Both the position numbers and the translations under genes were made by a program. This document shows, piece by piece, positions 1-12,934 of a stretch of 64,000 nt of DNA. Source of the DNA: Raja brachyura (taxonomy: Eukaryota); the NCBI GenBank assembly GCA_963514005.1, contig OY740791.1, positions 51,708,001 through 51,772,000 of the forward strand, written 5' to 3'. The notes under the pieces were generated by a model. That model was given only the letters and a program-made list of their open reading frames with translations, made no database searches and was not told the DNA's origin. Position 1 is the stretch's first letter. The number at the start of each line of letters is the position of its first letter.

Positions 1-357
1 AACCACATTGAGGTCACTCACAGTTGAGTAGACATGTGTTCAGTGCTATTCAGAGCTCAGAGAGACGTGACCCTCTGGCTTCTCCACCTTGCAGAGACTG
101 AGTGAGGCACACCACTTCCTTGTTTTATAGTCCCTCCCCCTCCCTCCAGCAGGGGCAGCAGAGAGAATGGCGAATGTTTTAAAAACATTAATATGTCTCT
201 GATTTTTCATCGCTGGGAAAAATCCTCTGGTCCAGAAAGCCGGAGGGGGGCTCTGAGCGAACTGGCCAAAGATGATGGGCATAGGTGGCGGCGTTCTCTC
301 GGAAGTCACACCACAGTGAGTCAAAAGCGGTCAAGATCAAACTTTTAGTAATATAGA
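1..357 (-). mobile_element. 5' end of a non-autonomous Helitron (continues beyond the left edge)
   Basis: Minus strand begins A|TCTATATTACTAAAAG; similar to 12390-12632. Confidence 0.75.
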
Positions 358-556
358 TTTTATTGCGAACATGTAAAACAAAATGTTAAAAACAAAGCAA
401 AATAACAATAAAACAAAATTAACAATAAACCTATACCCAACTCATTGAATAACTTCTCCTAAACATCACAAATTAAATCTTATATGTTTGAAAAGTTGTA
501 GGAGGAAGTATACACTTATTTATTCCTACCCCTTCTCCGCTCCTCATCAATTAATT

Positions 557-705
557 NNNNNNNNNNNNNNNNNNNNNNNNNNNNNNNNNNNNNNNNNNNN
601 NNNNNNNNNNNNNNNNNNNNNNNNNNNNNNNNNNNNNNNNNNNNNNNNNNNNNNNNNNNNNNNNNNNNNNNNNNNNNNNNNNNNNNNNNNNNNNNNNNNN
701 NNNNN
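557..705. other. Assembly gap (N run)
   Basis: 149 consecutive N. Confidence 0.99.
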
Positions 706-779
706 ACAGTTTATAAACAAATTCTATGTATAACGAGAATATCACACTGTCAATAAACTAAAACTTAACCATCATCACA

Positions 780-1297
780 GGCCTTCCTCATTCTTCTACC
801 TCTGGAAATTTTTTTTTGCACTTCTTCTTAAACTGAGGAATGGTTGTGTTTTGCTTGAGTTCCACATCCAAATCATTCCACAATTTCACCCCACAGATAG
901 AAATAGTTCTTCATAGTTGTACGAACACAAAGTTTCTTTAAATTAAGCTTTCCTCTCAAATTCGAACCATCTGTTAAAGAACATTTTTTGTATGTTACCT
1001 GGTAGTAAATTATTTCTTGCTTTATACATTATTTGTGCTTATTAAATTCTACTAGATCCATAAACTTCAAGGCATTCAACTTTAAAAACAGAGAGTTAGT
1101 GTGTTCACGAAATCTTACATTATTAACTATCCTCATAGCCCTTATTTTGCAGTAGTGCAGATGTCGGGTGCTTTTGTAAATGTTACCCCAATATCTTCGC
1201 ACAGTAATTTAGATATGGCAGTACAAGTGAATAATAAACAATGTGCAGCGCTTTGTGATTCAGAATGTGTCTAGTTCTTCCCAGGACTGCAATGTTC
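780..1297 (-). mobile_element. Degenerate LINE ORF2 3' fragment (L2/Crack-like)
   Basis: Minus-strand remnants such as RAMRIVNNVRFREHTNSLFLKLNALK and MYKARNNLLPGNIQKMF. Confidence 0.5.
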
Positions 1298-1854
1298 AAC
1301 ATCTGCAGTTCCTTCCTACACAAGATATTACCAGTGCTGTAGAACTAAATGCTGACTAATCTTCAAACTTGGTTCTGGAGAAAACAGTGTTCAAACTTCT
1401 CAAATATCATGCACAAATATATGCACTTTATTTATTTTTTTGTTTCCTGACTTTAAAAATATTTAGTCCAGTAGCATGGTCCCAATGGGGCTTGCAAGGA
1501 TACAGACATCTCTGAACTTTTAACAGGTTATTCACCAGCACACTTTCTCATTTGTATATTTCTTTGAGGAAGTGTTTTGACTGAAACCACTCTTGCAACA
1601 TTTTCACTCTTGTGACATTTTGGACATGTGTGGGTTAATAAATCTCCTGGAACGTACTGGGTGCAGAGACAAGAAGCAAGAAACACTGTGTGCTACATTC
1701 ATGGGGGAAACATGCTCGTTGGTTTGATATCAAGCCCTTTGATTTTCCTACTTCAGACCATCCCAGCACACGGTGAGTATCTTTTTCCTTCCCATTTGGA
1801 GGATCATTACAGGGGTGGAACTAAACTAAAAACTATTCAGAATGGTATTGTTTA

Positions 1855-2150
1855 TTTTAGTTTAGAGATACAGCATGAAAACAGGCTCTTTGGCCCATCA
1901 GGTCCACACCGACCAACGATCAAATTTAGATTAGTTATATTCTACGCACACGGGACATTTTACAGAAGCCAATTAACCAACAAAGCTGCATTTTTTTGGA
2001 ATGTGGGCGGAAACCAGAGCACCTGGAGAAAACCCATGTGATTACAGGGTGAAAGTACAAAGTCTGTACAGACAGCACCCGTAGTCAGAATCGAACCCAG
2101 GTCTCTGCCGTTGTAAAGCAGCAATTCTACCACTGCTCCACTGTGCCGCC
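1855..2150 (-). mobile_element. tRNA-derived SINE (HE1/V-SINE-like)
   Basis: Minus strand GGCGGCACAGTGG...GGTAGA...GGGTTCGATTC (A/B-box-like) and a (taaac)n tail; related copies at ~8440-8625 and 19945-20561. Confidence 0.75.
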
Positions 2151-2452
2151 TCATCCTCGTAGACTGATGGAAAATGTTCAAAGCAGCTAAGCTTGACTGC
2201 AAGAAACCAATTTCTTATGATAACAGTTTCAATCTGAAAAAGGGTTCCCACCCTAAAAGTCTCACATCCTTTTTCACCAGTGATGCTGCCTGACCTGTTG
2301 AGTTACTCCAGCACTTTGTGCTACCTTTTTATTATCAATAATGTCCTCACTGTTGATATCATATGTCGCGTGACAAAACAAATCATTTGAACTCTTACCC
2401 TTGAATTGCACTGCTAACGATGTTAGTTGAAGCCTTGGTTCTGGAGTTTGTA
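2120..2452 (+). repeat. Direct repeat copy 1 flanking L1 (copy 2 at 6045-6379)
   Basis: ~333 bp near-identical direct repeats exactly abutting both L1 ends. Confidence 0.92.
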
Positions 2453-5400
2453 ATTAATAGTTTTTTATTGGAGGGAAAAAATAAATAAAAATCACAGTAC
2501 ATCTGATGTATGGCATTACATTTTCCTCCATTTTGTGTTTTTTATAAATAATAATAATAATAATATAAACAAAATAACCCTAACCCACCCTCCCTAAACA
2601 CCCCTTGGCAGCTTATTTTTTCACAATCCAAATATATCACAAAATCAAATGCACTTTTTAACAATCATAAAGTAACAAAACAGAATAAAGGCAGATCCCC
2701 ACTTAATGTCAAGTGCCCTCAGTCAATAGGGTCCTTTAGACCCTCAAAGTATGATAAAAAAAGGTTCCCATTTCAAATAAAACTTTTTCACAGACCCCCT
2801 CAATGTGAATTTAATCTTTTCTAACCTTAAAAAAAACATGACGTCTTCCAGCCAAGCAGCGGCAGATGGAGGAGTGTTAGATTTCCAGACCAGCAAGATT
2901 CTCCTTGGGGCCAAAAGTGATGTAAATGTAATGATATCAGACTGGGTTGTATTTAAACCCAAGGTTTTATCTGTTACACCAAATACAGCTACAAGCGGGC
3001 AAGGTCTCACTGTCATCCCAAGGACTTCACTGATGGTTTTAAAAACCACTGCCCAGTAGTTAACAAGTTTGGGGCAAGACCAGAATGCATGAGCTAGATT
3101 GGCTGGAGAGAACGAGCACCTGTCACAGCCAGCGTCCGTCCCTGGATATATGTTAGCAAGCCTGGCTTTGCTTAAATGAACCCTGTGTAAAACTTTAAAT
3201 TGTATGAGCCCCAATCTAGCACATGATGACGAGGAGTGGACTTTTTTCAGCGCTTCTGTCCAGCATTCCTCAGACAGATCCATACCAAGGTCATCCTCCC
3301 ACCTAGCTTTAACTTTGTTCAGGTTTTGATCTCCTAAATACATCTATCGAGAATATACTGCAGAGATCAGTCCTTTATTTGCAAAGGTAAGAGTGAGTTT
3401 ATCCAACACTGTGACAGGAGGGAGATCAGGAAAAGAAGGAAATTGTTTCATGACAAAGTGGCGAACCTGAAGATATTTAAAGAAATGATTATGTGGGAGG
3501 CCATGTTTTTTGTGTAGGTAGTCGAAACTATCAAATATGTTGTTAGTGTATAAATCCTTAATGGACATAAGACCATTCAAACCCCACTGTCGAAAGGTTG
3601 AGTCAAGTGTAGAGGGGGGGGGGAATAAATGGTTACTGTGAATGGGACCCAGAACTGAAGCTGATGTAAGCTTATAATGACAATGAAATTGGTTAAAAAT
3701 TTTGATGGTTGATAGTACGACAGGGTTGGATGTAAATCTAGACGGTTTCAATGGCAGGGAGGAATATACTAAAGCTGGGAGAGACGAGGATTAACAGGAT
3801 TGTGATTCAAGCAGACACCAGTCTGTATCTGGTCGGTGGAGCCAGAATAATATCTTTTGGATATTGGATGCCCAGTAATAATTAATAAAGCTAGGAAGGC
3901 CCAGCCCACCTACTTCATGACCTCTTTGGAGAGTGCACTTATTGACCCTTGGAACCTTGTTACCCCATATAAAGGAGGTTATAGATTGGTTAACTGAATT
4001 TAAAAATGACTTGGGCAGGAAAACCGGCAAACATTGGAACAAGAAAAGAAATCTGGGAAGTACAGTCACCTTCACTGACTGCACTCTCCCAGCCATAGTA
4101 AGTGGCAGACTACGCCATCTCTCAAAGTCAGCCTTCATTTGGCTAACTTGAGGCATGTAGTTAGCTGCAAACAGGGATGTGAAAAAGCGGGTGATGTGTG
4201 TTCCTAAATATACAAACCCTTCTTGAGATATGGGAAAGGGCAGGGTTTCCTGTTGGATCTGTAGGGCTAAGTTGATGGGAAATCATTTGCTTTTTTGGAG
4301 GTTTAGTTTATAGCCGTAAAAAGTCCCAAACTGATCCAACAAGGACACAATTGCAGGGCTACTGGCTATAGGGTCGCTCACATAAAGAAGGAGGTCATCA
4401 GCATATAGAGACACACGATGTTCCCTGTTTCCTCTCCTAATGCCCTGGAATAATGTAGTTGACCTAACTGTAATAGAGAGAGGCTCAATTGCAATCGCAA
4501 AAGGAAGCGGCGACAATGGGCAGCCTTGACAAGTGCCACGTGTTAATTGAAAATAATCAGATCGCAAATAATTGGTTTGTACACATGCTAAGGGTGAATG
4601 ATATACTAGCTTAACCCAGGCTACAAATATTTTGCCAAATCCAAATCTTTCCAAGACTCTGAACAAATATGGCCACTTCACTCGATCGAATGCCTTCTCC
4701 GCATCCAAAGAAATAACAGCCTCTGGGCATGGAGAAGCATTGGGCGAATAGACCATGCTGGCCAATCGGCGGATATTAGAAAAGGAATGATGATTTTTAA
4801 TGAAACCTGTTTGATCTTCTGAGATTAGTTTGTGAAGTTGGCATTCTAAACGGCAAGCCAGCGCCTTCGCCAAAATTTTTACATCTACATTCAAAAGTGA
4901 GATGGGGCGATATGATCCACATTGAGTCGGATCCTTGCCTTTTTTAAGAAGAAGTGAAATAGAAGCCTGTGAAAGAGTGGGGGGTAATGAACCTTTTTCC
5001 AAAGATTCTTCAAACATTTCTAAAAGAACAGGTGTGAGCTTATCCTTAAATTTCTTATAAAATTCTAATGGGTAGCCGTCAGGGCCAGGGGTTTTACCAC
5101 TCTGCATCGCCATAATGGCATTATTAATCTCTTCCTGCCCAAGGGGTTGATCTAGATTTTCTGCATCTTCTAATTCCAGAGTGGGTATTTCCAAATCGTC
5201 TAAGAAAGTTTCCATATTCATAGTATCCAAGGGGAATTCTGAGGTGTAAAGAGAAGAATAAAAGGCTGTGAAAGTATTGTTTATTTCTTTTGGATTGCTT
5301 GTTATGTCTTGGTGTATGTCTCTTATCTGAGGAATAAGCCGTGATGCGGATTGACGTTCCAGCTGGTGAGCCATAAGCCGGCTCACCTTATCACCATATT

Positions 5401-6044
5401 CATAATAAAGACCACGAGTCCGGAGAATTAGTTGTTCTGTTTGATTAGTAGATAAAAGATTGAATTTCATTTGTAAATCAGCCCGGCTTTTGTATAATTG
5501 GGTGGTGGGTGCTTCAGAATATTGCCTATCCAGGGTCAAGATGGATTTTAACAGGGTTTCCATTTCCTTCTTATGTTCTTTATTGGCGTATGAAGTATAA
5601 GATATGATTTGACCTCTTAAGTAGGCTTTTAAAGTTTCCCAAATTAAAGAGCAGGATACGGACTCAGTTTTATTAATTTCAAGGAATGTGTCTATGTTAG
5701 CTGACACAAAACTGCAACATTTTTCATTGGAAAGCAAAAGGGGGTTGAGTTTCCAAAGAGGTCGTTCTTTAATATTTAAAGGAAAGCCTAGGTCCAGTAT
5801 CACAGGTCAGTGATCTGATATTACTATAGCAGTATATTCAATTTTCTTAACCCTAGGAATGAAGGGGCTGTCTATAAAAAAATAGTCTATTCTGGAAAAA
5901 GAATGGTGAACATGAGAAAAAAAAGAGAATTGTCTAGCAGTTGGGTTCAGAAATCTCCAGGGGTCCACATAACCATTTTGTTGCATAAACAGTGAGAAGG
6001 TCTTTGCCATACCAGAAGGTGTCCCCTTAGAACTAGACCTATCA
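2453..6044 (-). mobile_element. 5'-truncated L1-clade LINE, disrupted ORF2 (endonuclease C-part, RT, CCHC) with A-rich tail
   Basis: SRIDYFF, GKTPGPDG, SLDAEKAFD, QGCPLSP, YADD and CxxC...H...C motifs in ORFs 2744-6044. Confidence 0.93.
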
Positions 6045-6379
6045 AGCAATTCTACCGATGCTCCACTGTGCAGCCTCATCCTCGTAGACTGATGGAAAAT
6101 GTTCAAAGCAGCTAAGCTTGACTGCAAGAAACCAATTTCTTATTATAACAGTTTCAATCTGAAGAAGGGTTCCCACCCTAAAAGTCTCACATCCTTTTTC
6201 ACCAGTGATGCTGCCTGACCTGTTGAGTTACTCCAGCGCTTTGTGCTACCTTATTATTATCAATAATGTTCTCACTGTTGATATCATATGTCGCACGTGA
6301 CAAAACAAATCATTTGGACTCTTACCCTTGAATTGCACTGCTAACGATGTTAGTTGAAGCCTTGGTTCTGGAGTTTGTA
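6045..6379 (+). repeat. Direct repeat copy 2 flanking L1
   Basis: agcaattctacc...ttctggagtttgta matches 2120-2452 with about a dozen differences. Confidence 0.92.
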
Positions 6380-9300
6380 TGGAAGGCTGCCTCTGTCTTC
6401 TTCTTGGTCCTTGAAGCAACTTGTGCTTGGCATGTCCAGGTCCCCTTCAGAACAGCCCATGAAGTATGAAGTTAGTGCAGGTGAAACAACAGTTTATTGG
6501 TAAACACAAACTTTCCATAAATAACCATTTTATAATGGTTGGTGTAGATAATGGTCAGTCATGGAAAAATATTTTTACTACAGTCGTTCAATACTATATT
6601 GGATTGTGAGCGTCCTTAAAATGTTACTTAAATAAGACAATATTTACTGACTTGCAGGGTTGGAGATGGAGATGTAACAGACTTGGATCACTGGAGATGT
6701 GGGAGGGGTAAGATCATCCAATGATACAACCATTGAATTGTCTGATTTCACATAATCATACTCATTTGTTCCTTTCACACTTACAAGTCCACCAAGGTTA
6801 GAATCACAATAAATAGCATTAATGTATGTTCCATGGAATAAGCACTTCGACCCAACTTACCAAGGTCCCTTTCTGAACTAGTCCTATTTGCCGGTATTTG
6901 GCCTATATCCCATGTACCTGGCTAAGTGGCTTTTAAAGGGAGATATTGCATGAATGGAGCTGATGGATCAATTTAATCATTCCCTGGAATCATTGGAGTG
7001 AAAGATTGGCTAGAAATGGAACTTCAGAGGAAGAGACTAATGGTCAGGGTTGTGTATGAGATGAGAGGTGAGGGATGACATGGGGCAGACAAGCCATTGG
7101 CTTTAAATAGAGAGAAAAGTTAGGATATTAGTCCAAGAAAACGTTCAGAGCTCTCAGCTGCATTCCATCCTCAACTGACCTACAAAGTCCACCTGTAAAA
7201 TAAAATGACAAACTTGCTTGAAGGCCTCTTTTCAAATTGGAACCAGGATATTTTACTAAATGGGGACATGGAATCTGCTCTATCTCCAACTTGATCAGCT
7301 TTCTGACTTCTGTACCTTTGCTCAGAAAAGGTTTTTCTTTGCTTCTTGTAGTTAGATGTTTTACAGAACGGCACGACTACACACGTTACCGGTCAAGCCC
7401 AGTCCACAATCAACTTCTTTGTTTTGGAATTCATATCATTCTCCAAATCAAGACTGGAAGATTGCCACTGCTTTAGGAAAAGACCACCTGGAACTGAATC
7501 GGACTTTCTTTGAGAATTGAATTAATGTAATTGCAAGGAAATATTTTGGTGGGGGTTCACTTTTCACAGAGCCCCATGCTGTTGAATGATACCGGAGATT
7601 ACAATTTAACTGTCAACAGAAAGTATCAAACCATTAAATAATTACAGTGAGAGGTAAGAAACTCAATATTGTTGCCTGTTTTGAATTATAAGACAATGTT
7701 TAAGAAACACACCAACCAGAGTCTGGCACTAATTCAATATGATGGGTCCTCCCCTACTGAATGAGCTGCAAATCAGAACAGAAATAGTACTTATTTTTCC
7801 CTCGCAGTGGGAGATCAAAGTAATTTTTGACTTTCCACAATCACAGCTGAGCCGTCTGAAGCAGCGACTGAGGGAGACAACGTTACTCTGACCTGCTCTG
7901 TGTCTCACTTCACTGTGTCAATGCAACTGGATTGGATCAATGGTGATGGGTAAACTGATGGAATAAAGATAATAACTGGGGAAGAGAAATCACTGACTCT
8001 GGATATTCAGAAAGCTGAGAGAAGAGAAAGGAATTGGACGTGTTTTTGTTTCATCAAAACACACTCAGGGTTATCATCCCTACTATTTGCAGAACAAGAG
8101 TACGTTTTTTCTCTTTTAAATTGCTAACCATCAGGACGGGCATAAGATTAAGCAGAGCAGATAATTAGTACGACTGAATGAAATGTCTTTCTTATTCAAT
8201 GCTCAATGATAATCAGGTTTACCTCTTTCCCTATATCTCACAGCACCCTTATCTCACCCACCCACAGCTCCAAAGTGGGGTGGAGGATTGCAAACTTCAC
8301 GTGGTCCGCCCTGTTTCGACTAATGCAATCAACTCGACGTGCACAAACGGAAGATCAAATAGAACAAGTTGTCCAACAACTTCAGGCTGTGCACGCCACA
8401 CGAAAGAAGAAGAAGATCCAAAGTTTTCTCTGAGTGAGGGTTATAGTTTAGTTTAGGGATACAGCATGTGGCCCACCGAGTCCACACTGACCATTGACCA
8501 ACCGTTTACTTGTTCCATGTTATCCCCCTTTCATATCCTATACTCTAAGGGCAATTTACAGAAGCCAATTAACCTACAAACCTGCATGTTTTTGGAACAT
8601 GGGAGGAATCAGAGCTCCCGGAGAAAACCTCATATTCCGCTTCAGGAGCTCATCACCCAATAGTATAAACATTGAATTCTTCAATTCCAACCATCAATTC
8701 CAACCTTCTAACCATCAAGCCCCCTCCTTCCACCCGGGTGCAACCCCTCTCCCAACATTTGCTATCACCCCAGTTACCATGTTGATAACCCCCCATATGC
8801 TCTTCTTCCATCCCCTACTGCCATATTCCTTCGATCTCCACCTTTCCTCATCTAACACCTTTTTGTTTCCATCTCTAGTCTCTGTCACTTACTCCAGCCA
8901 TCTTCTAATCAACCCCCCCAGTTGTATCCACTTACCACTTGTCGGACATTGTTCCATCCCCACCTCTATTTTCTAGCTTTATCCTCTCTACTCCTGTAAG
9001 TCTGAAGAAGGATTCAGACCCAAAACGATGTCTGTCCATTCGCTCCACAGATTCTGACATACTCAATTCTTACAGCACATTGTGGTTTGTTCAAGATTCC
9101 ATCATCTGCAGCCTCCTATGTCTCTAATATAACTAAGTCCTCTGTTTTGGTGATAAATTTTGGTCAGGAAAGAAAGCTTCGGTGCTCTTCAAGCAACTTA
9201 GAGGGATCTTTCCATATCACTGTGAGGTGAAGGTTCCTTGGCTTAGCTTCTCATTCCAAAACCAGTTCATTGCCAAGTGTAGCAGAGCATTGCTTGGAAC

Positions 9301-11492
9301 AACTGCTTACTGCTTGAGTGGGTATTAAATCCACAATTTCCTGAGCTGCAAATGCAAGCTCTGAATCTTGACAAGCTGAAGGAATCCAAAGGCTGCAGAT
9401 ATCAGTGCGACCAGCAGAGGGCGTCAGCTGCACAGTGAATACACTTAATTGTCAAAGTCCTCAGTAGATGCATCAGGCTTGAGTCAAGTCAAGAATGTTT
9501 ATTGGCATGTGTCACCAAATGGAACAATTACATTGTTACTTGCAGAAGCACAACAGATATGTTAACATAGTACTCTTTAAACAATTAGTTATATTAGTTT
9601 AATTAGTTTACAAAGCTTAATCAATCGTTCAGTTTAGTTTATTATTGTCAAGTGTACTGAGGTACAGTGAAACGCTTTTATTGCGTACCATCCTGTCAAA
9701 TAAAAGACTATAGATGATTACAATCAAACTGTCCAGAGTGCACAGATAATGGATGAGGAGTACAACATTTAGTGCAAGATACATTTGGATAAAGTCTGAT
9801 AAAAGATATTTCAAAGGTCTCCAATGAAGTTAATGGGACATCAGGACCACAGTCGAGCAGGTGAGAGGATGGTTCAGTTGCCTAATAACAGCTGGGAAGA
9901 AACTGTCCCTGAATCATTCATCGACATCTGTGAGTGGCATGTGGAAATATTCATTTGTCGTGGAGTACAGCTAAGATTCACTACATCAATTACTGGGACA
10001 GGGTATAGTCATGTGAGAAAAGAGTGAACAGAATGAGACAAACCAACATCTGCAGTTCGTTCCTTCACACTACATTCCATCGAGTTGAATATATGTCATA
10101 ACGTCATGAAGTAAATCATTCTAAAGGGGTTTGGCAGGACATATATAAGAATATAAGAACATTGGAGCAGGAGTCGACCACTCAGCCCCTCTAGTGTGCC
10201 CATAGTTGTTCTGCACCTGCTCTTGAATACCATTCACCACAGTGCATCACACAAAGCGGATGTGGTCCGCTCAATAAACGTCTGATTTTCACCATTAGGC
10301 CACCGATAGGAAGCTGTGACAATGACAAACACATTGTGGTCAACCACAAACTTCCCTTTAGGATGTGGCGCGATACTGCACTGTGTGTTACTGTCAGTCT
10401 GTGCTTCTGGTATCTCCTCTTGCCAAGTTATATTTACCATGGGACAGTAACTGAGTCACCAAGAGTCAGGAAGGTAGGGGGACTGGAACAATGCAATTCT
10501 TACTTGCTACAGTTTTGCAGGCACATTGAAAATAACAATCATACAAAATAAATATATAATAAATTCAATGGCTCAATGATTTTGTAATTATCACGTTCCA
10601 AGATACAGTGAAATACCTTTATCGTATGCAGCTCAGCAAGACGATCCCCGTCAGCACAGTATGTACAGAACAGCCCACTGACTACAGATGCAAGATGCAC
10701 CAATTTGGCATTTTTGAGGTCCCAGCTGTAACTGGCACTAAAGAGCTGTTGCAACGGTCGCCTCCATTTTGTTTGTCCCGTGAACCAATGTCCTATAATA
10801 TTATCAATTTCTCCAGGAAAACCAGACCATGATACTGCAAGTGAAAGTATGTAGTGCAACCTTATTAGTGCAACATCCATAGGTAGTTTGTTGCTGAGCC
10901 AGGGTTGTGGTTATGATTGTGCAGAATGGTTCAAGAGCCATCGGGTCAAGCAGCATCTGTGGGGTGAGAGGGATTGTCATGGTTTGGGCTGAGATTCTGA
11001 ACCAGAATGTCTGAATAACTCTAGCAGTTTGTGTTTTAGTCCAGATTCCAGCATCTACCGTTGCCTATGGCTCCAAAAACTGAAGGAAGGAAATCACTTC
11101 ATCTTGTAACTCAGCACATTATAGTCATCAGGACACTGTGACAAATGTAATCATTTTAGGCAGTGAGCTATTTCACCCATGCCTCTTACATTTCTAGTAT
11201 TCAACTAGACTAAGTCGGACCCGTTGGGTCCCATGTTCACACGGGAGGGCTGGTCCCCCAACGCAATATTCCACCTCTCCACCACTTCTAATATTGGTGG
11301 TCAGTGTGGGCGGGGGGGGGGGGGGGTTCTGGAGGGCTAGTATGGGTATTGTGGGCTGAAGAGACTGGTTTCCAGAGGGCTAGTATGGACAAATGGATTC
11401 TGGGGTAACAGCTCAGTCACTCAAGCTTGATGTGCTGGCAGCTCACTCACAGCTGGTGGGGGAGCAGTTGATTCAAGCTATTCCTTGAAATT

Positions 11493-11845
11493 CCATTTCA
11501 AGCAGGGTGCAAGGCCACCAAACTCAAATGCAGTTTCCTACCATTTCAAGCAGGGTGCAAGGCCACCAAATTCAAGTGAAGTTTCATACCACTTCAAGCA
11601 GGGTGCAAGACAACCAAATTCAAGTGCAGTTTCATACCATTTCAAGCAGGGTGCAAGACAACCAAATTCAAGTGCAGTTTCATACCATTTCAAGCAGGGT
11701 GTAAGGCCACCAAATTCAAGTACAGTTTCATACCATTTCATGCAGGGTGCAAGGCCGCCAAATTCAAATGCAGTTTCATATCATTTCATGCAGGGTGCAA
11801 GGCCACCACTTTCAAATGCAGTTTCATACCATTTCAAGCAGGGTG
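11493..11845. repeat. 48-bp minisatellite, ~7 copies (ccatttcaagcagggtgcaaggccaccaaattcaagtgcagtttcata)
   Basis: Direct tandem units; explains the repetitive ORF at 11485-12003. Confidence 0.95.
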
Positions 11846-12222
11846 AAACCATCATAGAACCATGCAAAACACCACATAAACACCACACACAATTCAGTAG
11901 AAATTCAGGGTGTTCAATTGATTCCCAGCTCCGACAGAGTCGTGACCTCTCCCTCCCCCATCTTGCAGAGAGTGAGCCACACCCGCACTTCCGGGTTTTA
12001 TAATCCCCCCCCCCCCACCAGAAGGGGCATGGCATTCATGGTGTGATTGACAGGAGAGAGATTCTCAACATGTTTCAAACAATAATAACACTTTTATTTT
12101 TAATTGACGGGATGAATCATCTGCACCTGATGAGCGGAGGGGGACTGAGTAAGATGGCAAAAAATCACAGCTGTAAGTGATAGCGTTTTATCTAAAATCA
12201 AACAGGTTGCAAACAGGAAGTT

Positions 12223-12362
12223 AAGCAGTTACCACCACCAACAACCATTTGCAGTGCAGCATTTCAAAGCAGTCACCACCACCACCAACAACCATTTGCA
12301 GTGCAGCATTTCAAAGCAGTTACCACCACCAACAACCATTTGCAGTGCAGCATTTCAAAGCA
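12223..12362. repeat. ~45-bp tandem repeat, 3 copies (aagcagttaccaccaccaacaaccatttgcagtgcagcatttca)
   Basis: Direct tandem units inside the Helitron. Confidence 0.9.
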
Positions 12363-12934
12363 ACCTTATTTTCATTTCCAAACCTTATTAATGGCAATCA
12401 CAGTTGAGTAGATATGTGTTCAGTGTTATTCACAGCTCAGAGAGATGTGATCCTCTTGCTTCCTCCATCTTGCAGATCTTTCATCAATGGGAAAAATTCT
12501 CTTGTCCTGCGCAGCGGAGGGGGACTCTGAGTAAGATGGCCAAAAATCACAGCCGTAAGTAGCAGCTTTTTTTCAAAAATCATGAAACAGGAAAACTGGA
12601 AGTGGTCAAGGTCTTACTTTTAGTAATATAGATTGCTTGCATTCTTATCTTCTAGTATTTCAGGTTTTATTCTGTTCATCTATTATAAACTTCCTCTAAT
12701 ACAACATGACCACTCTCTAACAAATGAAATCATCACAAACATGCTGCAGGCATCTGGCCCAGATGGAGTCCCCAGCTGTGTCCTCTCGACCAATACAGAC
12801 TAGGTGACAGGAGTATTTGCAGACATCTTTGACCTCTCCCTCATCCTGTCGAAGATGCCCACTTGCTTTAAGGCAAGTATCAGCATCCTTCTGGCTAGAA
12901 CTGCCTGGGTTTATAAGTAGGAGGCTGAGCTACG

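Larger units (their letters stand above)
1712..8100 (+). pseudogene. Paralogous Ig-receptor pseudogene: leader exon 1712-1772 (MLVGLISSPLIFLLQTIPAH), degenerate V exon ~7352-7653 (D3/D7 type), degenerate C2-WxC exon ~7841-8100 (D4/D8 type)
   Basis: Leader has a phase-1 G|gtgagt donor. YTRYRSS, LNRTFFEN* and NDTGDY...ITVR|gtaag match D3/D7. EGDNVTLTCSVSH...WINGDG*...EEKSLTL...NWTC matches D4. In-frame stops (e.g. TAA 7951-7953), frameshifts and an AG>AA change at the homologous acceptor (7838-7840). The link between leader and V exon is inferred. Confidence 0.8.
11205..12632 (-). mobile_element. Complete non-autonomous Helitron with internal minisatellites
   Basis: 5' A|TCTATATTAC; 3' hairpin GGGACCC-AAC-GGGTCC, then CTAG|T; inserted between A and T with no TSD. 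Confidence 0.88.

Noticed and set aside
488-745. ORFs spanning X residues
   Set aside because: Artefacts of the N gap
10336-10551. Hydrophobic ORF as TM exon of the plus-strand pseudogene
   Set aside because: No recognisable similarity to the TM exon at 28 kb, and no consistent splice phase could be established
11485-12003. Repetitive 172-aa ORF or CRISPR-like array
   Set aside because: Head-to-tail 48-bp units with no unique spacers, inside a Helitron in a vertebrate genome; the ORF is a by-product of a stop-free unit divisible by 3
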